From positions 16,597 through 80,596 of the forward strand of contig JBFJCP010000023.1 of the NCBI GenBank assembly GCA_041615815.1: DNA of 64,000 nt, written 5' to 3'. The stretch's first letter is position 1, and every line of letters starts with the position of its first letter. Positions 57,636-64,000 of the stretch are shown one piece after another. This stretch comes from Gemmatimonadales bacterium. GTDB taxonomy: Bacteria; Gemmatimonadota; Gemmatimonadetes; Gemmatimonadales; GWC2-71-9. The position numbers and the translations under genes are program-made. The notes under the pieces were generated by a model, which made no database searches, had not been told where the DNA came from, and worked only from the letters and a program-made list of their open reading frames with translations.

Positions 57636-59747
57636 CTACTCGGTGGCGACCGTGGTCCCGGCGCGCCGCAGCGCCGCGCGGATACGTGCGACGAACCGAG
57701 GAGGATCGATCGGTTTCCGAATGTAATCGTCCGCCCCCTCCTCCATCAGCCGGACCTCAGCGTCCGGATCGTTGGTCCCGGTAAGCACCACGATCGGCAG
57801 CGTCGCAGTCGCCAGAGAAGAACGGACCTCGCTGAGGACTTCGCCGCCGCTGAGCTTCGGCATGTCGAGGTCGAGTACCATCAGGTCGTAATTCCCCCCG
57901 TTGGCCAAGCGTTCGAGAGCGACCGTTCCGTCCTGCGCCTCCGAAACGCGAAACCCATGCTTCGTCAACAATGCCTTGGCGAGTGTGCGATTGACCGCAT
58001 CGTCGTCGACCAGCAAGATGTGTGTCTCACTGGACGCCCGCTGGACCGTACGCTCTGGCGTCTTGCCGAGGGTGCGCTCGAGTTCGGTCAGCGTCGTCGA
58101 ACCCGCACGAACTTGTTCGAGCGCGGCATCCCGCAATGTTCGCATCCCAGCGGCGCTGGCGGCGCGCGTCAGTTCGGCGGATGTCGCACCGCTCGCGATG
58201 AGCTGCCCGAGCCGCTCGTCCAGCACGGCGACCTCGGCGACCGCCGTGCGGCCACGGTACCCGGTCTGCCCGCAGGCGCGACACCCCGCCGGAACGGCCA
58301 TGCACTCGACACCGTAAATCGCTGCGAGCCGCTGTTCTTCTTCAGGTGTCGATGCCTCGCCCGTGGGCCGAGCGCATCGTTCGCAAAGCCGGCGTATGAG
58401 CCGTTGCGCAACGACACCGCGGAGGCTCGCGGCGATGGCGGAGCGTTCGAGCCCGAGGTCGACCAGACGCTGGACGGCACTCAATGCATCGTTGGTGTGC
58501 AGGGTCGCGAGCACGAGATGACCAGTCATGCTCGCCTGGACTGCGACCTCAGCGGTTTCGAGGTCTCGGATCTCCCCCACGAAAATCACATCGGGGTCTT
58601 GTCGCAGAATGGCGCGGAGCGCAGACGCGAACGTGACGCCGCGTCGTTCCTCGACTTGGATCTGGGTGATCTCGGACAGCTCATATTCGACGGGATCCTC
58701 GACCGTCATAATGTTGATCTCACCCGTGGCGAGCTCCCGAAGCGCTGCGTACAGGGTTGTGGTTTTACCGGACCCGGTAGGTCCTGTGATGATGAGAATT
58801 CCATCCCGATGCGCAAGCAGATGGCGGATCGACTCGACGTTGCCTGCGGCAAGGCCGAGGTCATCCAGACCCAAAGATGCCGAAGGATCGAGAATGCGGA
58901 TCACCGCCTTTTCGGCATCTCGCGTGGGAACCGTCGAGATCCGCAGGTCATACGTGCCGTCACTGACCTGAACACGTGCCCGACCATCTTGCGGACGGAG
59001 CCGATCGGCAATGTCCAACCGGCCAAGGATCTTGATTCGCGACACGACGCGGTTCAGCGCTGGCATCGGTATCACCATGTACTTGAGGAGCACGCCGTCT
59101 ACACGAAAGCGCACGGTACCGACTCCGCGGCTTGGCTCCAGGTGGATGTCGCTGGCCCGATGCGTGATCGCGTCCCGCAGAATCAGGTTCGTCAATTTGA
59201 CGACAGGGCCGGACTCCAACGCATCGGCCGCTAGGGCTTCCGGTTCCGTCTCGTCCAGGATACGAACGGCATCGACCACGTCGGGGTCCACGCTGCTGAC
59301 CAGCGACTCCAATACCCGTTCCGGCGAATAGCCCGCTTCGATCTCGCTTTCGATTTCATCGGGAGGTGCCACCTCGAACAGCGGCGTACGGCCGGACGCG
59401 AACCCCAGTGCCTTCTCGGCGTCGAGATCCATGGGGTTGCTGGTGGCGACGACCAAATGCCGGTCATCTTCTCGGAGCGGAAATACGCCAAAGCGCCGTG
59501 CCAGGTCCTCGGGCACGAGTTTGAGCACGCGGTTCTCCGCAGAGCCAAGCTCCGCGGCCTGCAATCGGAAGTGGGCGGCCACGTGCTTCGCCAGGTCTTG
59601 GTCGGAGACCTTGCATGTCGTTTCGACCGTGTCCCAGACATCCTTAATCTCCATGCCGGGGTGCAAGGTCAGGTTTTCGACCCCCTCGAGGCCAACGCGC
59701 TGAACGACCTGGTGCATCCAGTGCGTCGCCACTTTTGCTTCAGCCAT
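57636..59747 (-). CDS. PilB/GspE family assembly ATPase fused to a C-terminal receiver domain
   Basis: ASDIHLEP, PQDGR, GPTGSGKTT, TVEDPVE, LRQDPDVIFVGEIRD, GHLVLATLH and CxxC/CxxC; REC motifs LLVDDD, LDLDMP, VLTG and YIRKP. Confidence 0.93.
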   Translation of the reverse strand: MAEAKVATHWMHQVVQRVGLEGVENLTLHPGMEIKDVWDTVETTCKVSDQDLAKHVAAHFRLQAAELGSAENRVLKLVPEDLARRFGVFPLREDDRHLVVATSNPMDLDAEKALGFASGRTPLFEVAPPDEIESEIEAGYSPERVLESLVSSVDPDVVDAVRILDETEPEALAADALESGPVVKLTNLILRDAITHRASDIHLEPSRGVGTVRFRVDGVLLKYMVIPMPALNRVVSRIKILGRLDIADRLRPQDGRARVQVSDGTYDLRISTVPTRDAEKAVIRILDPSASLGLDDLGLAAGNVESIRHLLAHRDGILIITGPTGSGKTTTLYAALRELATGEINIMTVEDPVEYELSEITQIQVEERRGVTFASALRAILRQDPDVIFVGEIRDLETAEVAVQASMTGHLVLATLHTNDALSAVQRLVDLGLERSAIAASLRGVVAQRLIRRLCERCARPTGEASTPEEEQRLAAIYGVECMAVPAGCRACGQTGYRGRTAVAEVAVLDERLGQLIASGATSAELTRAASAAGMRTLRDAALEQVRAGSTTLTELERTLGKTPERTVQRASSETHILLVDDDAVNRTLAKALLTKHGFRVSEAQDGTVALERLANGGNYDLMVLDLDMPKLSGGEVLSEVRSSLATATLPIVVLTGTNDPDAEVRLMEEGADDYIRKPIDPPRFVARIRAALRRAGTTVATE

Positions 59748-62700
59748 ATGCCGGCTCCCGTGTCATCGTGGCATCGAGATATTCGATGACCGCGGTGTAC
59801 GTCGCTTGAACCTCATCCATGAGGCTTCGCGCCTGTTCCACATCATCGTTCTCGCCGGCGTCTTCGAGCTGTTGCAGCAGGTCGGCGAGCCGACGGGCCA
59901 TGATGGTTCGAGCTGCCGACTTGAACGCATGGGCGGATGCCTCGATGGCGGCGGTGTCGGCGGCCTCGGTGGCCTGAGTCAATGCCTTCATGCGTTGCGG
60001 TGCGTCCTGCAGGAAGGTGTCCAAGAGAGTGCCCACGGCGTCTTCGACGCCGGCTTCTCGCATCGAGCGGCGAAACTCGTCGAGATCGACCGGTACGTCG
60101 GCCGTCTCGTCCACGGTGGGATCCGAATGTGGTTGCGCGCCGGTCACCGCCACGCCCCACCCTTCGACGGCCGCAAAGAGTTCATGCGGCTTGAACGGCT
60201 TGGGCAGATATGCCGTCATGCCGGCCTCGAGGCATCGCTCACGTTCACCGGACATGGCGTGGGCGGTCATCGCGACGATCGGGAGGTCCGTCAACGGCGT
60301 TGTCTCACGGATTGCGCGGGTGGCGGCAAGTCCGTCCATCATCGGCATTTGGATATCCATCAAAATGAGGTCGTAAGCTCCGGTACGAGCTGCCGTCACG
60401 GCGGTTTGGCCGTCGCCGACGATGTCCACATGGTGACCGCGCCGTCGGAGCATCGCCGCTGCCACCTCCTGGTTCACCGGATTGTCCTCGGCGAGAAGAA
60501 TGCGTACCCGGCGGCGAGTCTCCTCGATCGAATGGCGAGTGATGAGTTCGCTGTGCGTCGGTGATCCCGCGATCATCGCGGCGGCGGCTTCGAGTAACTC
60601 GATTCGCGAAACCGGCTTTGTGAGGTAAGCGGCGATCCCCACCTCTCGGCACCTCTGCCCATCGCCCCTCTGGCCTGCCGAGGTGAGCATCATGGCCCGG
60701 GTACCCACCAGTTCGGGCATGGTACGCATAGTGCGCGCCAGGTCGAATCCGTCGCGCTCCGGCATGTAGCCGTCGATGATCGCGAGGCTGTAGGGAGCCC
60801 CGTGGGTTGCGGCCTTCAGCATGACATCGAGCGCGGTGTCCGCATCGGGCGCCTCATCGACCGTGACACCGGCGGCCGTCAGCATCCCACACACGATGCG
60901 GCGGTTGGTCGGATTGTCGTCCACGACGATCCCACGCAGTCCTTCCAATCGCCCCACAACCGGTGTTGTGGCGATACCCTCGGCGTCGCGCTCGATTGTG
61001 AGTGGGACGGTGAAGTTGAATTCACTGCCCTTTCGCTCTTCACTGCTCACCTTCAGCTCACCTCCCATCATCGAGACGATCTTGCGGGCAATCGCCAGAC
61101 CGAGCCCGGTTCCCCCATAGCGGCGTGTGGTCGAGACATCCGCTTGACTGAATTCTTGAAAAATCGACTCTAGTTTGTCCGGTGAGATGCCAATGCCGGT
61201 GTCTCGTACCGAGAATGCTACGACCGCCTTGTTTTCAGACGCCGTCACGGGAGAAGCGGTGACAACCACCTCCCCTTCATGGGTGAACTTGACCGCGTTG
61301 CTGACGAGATTCGTGATGACTTGACGTAGCCGACTTGGGTCACCGCGTACCAGCCGTGGGAGTCGTGGAGAGACGTCGTAGAGAAGTTCGACGCCACGCT
61401 CGGAAGCCCGCGGTGCCAACAGACGGACAGAGGAATCCACCAGCGCAGCGAGATCGAATGGTATCTCCTCGAATTCCAAGTGCCCGGCCTCGATCTTCGA
61501 GAAATCGAGAATGTCGTTGATGATATGGAGCAGCGCTTCCGCCGAACTGCGCGCGAGATCTGCAGAGCGTAGCTGCTCTGCGTCGAGCGGGGTGTCCATG
61601 AGCAGCTCGAGCATGCCGAGGACCCCGTTCATGGGAGTCCGAATCTCGTGGCTCATATTCGCCAGGAAGGCGCTCTTCGCTTCGACGGCGCGCTCCGCTT
61701 CCTCGCGGGCCTCGACCAGCGCTTGTCGCGCTGCGGCACGGTCGGTGACATCTCGGGCAATCCCGTGGGCGCCGACGATTGCGCCGGCCGCATCACGGAG
61801 GGGCCTCGCCGCGAAGCTCAAATGCTTGGCTTGATTCTCCTCGTCTCGATGGACGGTCTCGTGATCGACGAGCTCGGTGCCGCTGAGCACCTGTTCAATT
61901 GCTTGGAGATCGAGTTTGTGATGCGACGGATCAGCGCGTTCAACGAACAAGCGACCCACGAGAGCGGCCGGCTTCACTCCGTAGATTCGTTCACACGCCG
62001 GATTGAGAAATGTCCACTTCCCTTCACGATCGATCTTCCATACGAGATCTGAGGCCGATTCTACCAGACTTCGATACTGCCGCTCTGCATCACGCAGTGC
62101 CTGTTCGGCGTGCTTCATATCTGAAATGTCGTCGTAGAGGACGAGCATGATGTCTTCGTCGACACTCTGCACGGGAGCCGCCGATGCCCGAACGGGCAAC
62201 AAGTGGCCGTCCCGCCGTCGCCGAACGACTTCCGTGACCACGACCTCGGCGTCCTCCACCCGCTTGTCCAATTGCATCGCTGCGTCCCGTTCGCCCGCCG
62301 GTACGATCAGCTCGTTGAGATCCTCTCCGATGGCTTGTTCAGCCGCGTACCCGAATAGACGCTCGAACGCCGGGTTGACGCCCAAGATGCTGCCATCCTT
62401 CCGAACCGTGACGATGGCGCCAGGGGCACTCGTGAGCAGAGCGTCCAAAAAGCCACGTTCACGAGCCGCTTCGGCTTCACTGAATTCCAGCCGAGCCGCC
62501 GTGAAGAGTTGGGCACACAAAGTCCGATGGCCCCGCCGGTAAATGGTTACCATCGTGGCTGCAAAGAGAGCGATGAGCGCGACCGCCGCGAGATGTGGAC
62601 GCGTCACGCCAGCCGCCAGCGTGCCGAGGGTGAGCGGTCCGAGGAGCGCGCCCATGAACGCGTAGAAGCTCCGGGGGTCGGCGATCAGGCTCGCGGTCCC

Positions 62701-63168
62701 ACCCGCCGTGAGACCCGCAAATACGACCATGATCAGCGCGAAGTACTCGAAAGGCATCCCTGGAGCCACCACCGCCGCGCCGGCCCCCCACGCCAGGCCG
62801 GCGGCGAGCACGCTGTTCCGAACCATCCGCGTGCGATAGGCGGGTGGATGCTCGCGCCGTGCGAGGCGCTGGCGCACGACGGCGCGAACCACGGTAGCCG
62901 CGGCCACGGCGGCGAGCCATGGCACCAGCACGAGTGGACGCGCGACGCCCCAGACCAAGACCGCCACAACCAGCAACAGGACGAGATGCGCGACTTCACC
63001 CATTGGACTTTCGAACAAGAGACGGCGTGCCAACGCATCCCCCACCGACGCATCGATACGCGCCTCATGCGCTTGCTCTGCTTCGGCACCGCGAGACCTC
63101 ATCAGCAGCGACGTGCGCCTCCGTTCACCACTGCGGCGGCGATCACGTTGCTGGGATTCGTCGTTCAT
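59740..63168 (-). CDS. Hybrid sensor histidine kinase (multi-TM, 2 PAS, HisKA, HATPase, 2 REC, Hpt)
   Basis: MSHEIRTPMNG, NLVSNAVKFT, DTGIGI, GGTGLGL, two REC domains and Hpt AHAFKSAA. Start set at ATG 63168. Confidence 0.95.
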   Translation of the reverse strand: MNDESQQRDRRRSGERRRTSLLMRSRGAEAEQAHEARIDASVGDALARRLLFESPMGEVAHLVLLLVVAVLVWGVARPLVLVPWLAAVAAATVVRAVVRQRLARREHPPAYRTRMVRNSVLAAGLAWGAGAAVVAPGMPFEYFALIMVVFAGLTAGGTASLIADPRSFYAFMGALLGPLTLGTLAAGVTRPHLAAVALIALFAATMVTIYRRGHRTLCAQLFTAARLEFSEAEAARERGFLDALLTSAPGAIVTVRKDGSILGVNPAFERLFGYAAEQAIGEDLNELIVPAGERDAAMQLDKRVEDAEVVVTEVVRRRRDGHLLPVRASAAPVQSVDEDIMLVLYDDISDMKHAEQALRDAERQYRSLVESASDLVWKIDREGKWTFLNPACERIYGVKPAALVGRLFVERADPSHHKLDLQAIEQVLSGTELVDHETVHRDEENQAKHLSFAARPLRDAAGAIVGAHGIARDVTDRAAARQALVEAREEAERAVEAKSAFLANMSHEIRTPMNGVLGMLELLMDTPLDAEQLRSADLARSSAEALLHIINDILDFSKIEAGHLEFEEIPFDLAALVDSSVRLLAPRASERGVELLYDVSPRLPRLVRGDPSRLRQVITNLVSNAVKFTHEGEVVVTASPVTASENKAVVAFSVRDTGIGISPDKLESIFQEFSQADVSTTRRYGGTGLGLAIARKIVSMMGGELKVSSEERKGSEFNFTVPLTIERDAEGIATTPVVGRLEGLRGIVVDDNPTNRRIVCGMLTAAGVTVDEAPDADTALDVMLKAATHGAPYSLAIIDGYMPERDGFDLARTMRTMPELVGTRAMMLTSAGQRGDGQRCREVGIAAYLTKPVSRIELLEAAAAMIAGSPTHSELITRHSIEETRRRVRILLAEDNPVNQEVAAAMLRRRGHHVDIVGDGQTAVTAARTGAYDLILMDIQMPMMDGLAATRAIRETTPLTDLPIVAMTAHAMSGERERCLEAGMTAYLPKPFKPHELFAAVEGWGVAVTGAQPHSDPTVDETADVPVDLDEFRRSMREAGVEDAVGTLLDTFLQDAPQRMKALTQATEAADTAAIEASAHAFKSAARTIMARRLADLLQQLEDAGENDDVEQARSLMDEVQATYTAVIEYLDATMTREPAYG

Positions 63169-63192
63169 GGGTGCGCTCCGCGCGGGAAGTCC

Positions 63193-63207
63193 GCGTTGTT
63201 GGTGCCA
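63193..63207 (-). promoter_or_regulatory. Possible sigma54 promoter of the kinase-ATPase operon
   Basis: Minus strand reads TGGCACCAACAACGC (GG-N10-GC), about 25 nt upstream of the kinase ATG. The -12 box is imperfect. Confidence 0.4.
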
Positions 63208-63875
63208 TCGGCGGCGCCATGCGAGCCGGTTGGGACCAGCGGCACAATCCTGGCCTCCCACGTGACAGGCTGCGTGTGCCACCGCAGCATGATCTCCGTC
63301 ATACTGCGAAATCGCTTTCGTCCACCGGCACCGCATCTGATCGTCGCAGCAGTTCCTGACGCACGCGCTCAGCCACCACATAGAGCACGAAAGGGCTACC
63401 ATAGAATCCGGCGGCTAGCAGATCGTGGATCTCGAGCAACCGATCCTCGGACGGATGGTGTTGACCCGTGCTCGGGAGTTCTACCGCCCGTTGTGTCAGC
63501 TCGAACTCGTCGACACGCGAACCGGAACCGTTGCTGCTCACCGTGGGTCGCTGCTGCTGAAATCCTTCAGAGCTCGATTGCATGGTGCGACCGTGAGACT
63601 CCGTTTTCGACCGATAGTCGGTGAAATGAGCTGGGACGCGTAGGCTCTCGGCGAAAGAAGCTGGAGCTCCCATTGGCACCGGGCCGAATGGTTGATCCGA
63701 GCTTCGATAGTGGGTATCGGCCGATCGTGAAGAAACTTGAGTCAGCTGGCGCCCGGCTGCACTGCGTTGCGTAGGGAGGGCTTCATCACTGTTGCTATCG
63801 GCCCGGCCATGCCAGATCTTTAACGGGCCTGAAGTTGGACCGTCCCACGTCCCCGCTTCGTGCAAACGCGAGATC

Positions 63876-64000
63876 ATGGCAAAGATTCTCTGTATCGACG
63901 ACGAGCCATCGGTTGCAGTACTGATCGAGCGGGCCCTCCGCGAGATGGGTCATGATCCCGTTCTGGCCCAGAGTGTGGCGGAGGCTATGAAGATGATCGA
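63876..64000 (+). CDS. Response regulator, N-terminal receiver fragment (runs off the window edge)
   Basis: Manual translation MAKILCIDDEPSVAVLIERALREMGHDPVLAQSVAEAMKMI. Confidence 0.8.
   Translation, partial: MAKILCIDDEPSVAVLIERALREMGHDPVLAQSVAEAMKMI

Noticed and set aside
57525..59234. 569-aa plus-strand ORF, and similar long ORFs at 20060-21259, 29511-30533, 14664-15731 and 52472-53623
   Set aside because: Antisense or off-frame shadows of well-supported genes, expected in high-GC DNA.
63425..63643. 72-aa ORF in the divergent intergenic region
   Set aside because: No clear RBS or motif, so it cannot be supported; not excluded.
63170..63870. Possible c-di-GMP riboswitch upstream of the signalling operon
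   Set aside because: I could not find the GEMM two-stem pattern by eye; an Infernal/Rfam scan would be decisive.

Overview
High-GC bacterial chromosomal segment. Gene content and protein style suggest Gemmatimonadota; this is an inference, as no rRNA marker is present. About 50 CDS can be supported. 1-44.7 kb is mostly housekeeping and catabolism: glpD, fadI-fadJ, proline dehydrogenase, rsgA, DUF1015, fused 2-oxoacid dehydrogenase E1, a Ser/Thr kinase, lon, TetR/TrmB regulators, an aconitase-family fusion, OmpA, an MCP, pfkA, an SF2 helicase, ispH, a TAXI-TRAP transporter and an M14 peptidase. Two accessory systems stand out. (1) At 44.8-52.5 kb is a DNA-damage island: imuB, a small DUF6504-like gene, dnaE2, DUF72, a radical SAM gene and a stand-alone Zn-ribbon microprotein. 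It has no imuA, and two of its promoters share a direct-repeat operator, TWTCGG-N6-TTCGGTTT (3 copies), a candidate new SOS box. (2) At 54.9-63.2 kb is a six-gene operon coupling a hybrid histidine kinase/Hpt phosphorelay to a PilB/GspE ATPase fused to a receiver domain, a pilin, a pilin-like protein, an HD-GYP phosphodiesterase and an ATPase-less HisKA membrane protein. Other notable items are a CxxU selenoprotein with a SECIS-like hairpin that the ORF track misses, an M28 peptidase homologue lacking most metal ligands, and several sigma54-type promoters. No tRNA, rRNA, CRISPR array or transposase was seen. All family assignments come from motif recognition by eye, not from database searches.
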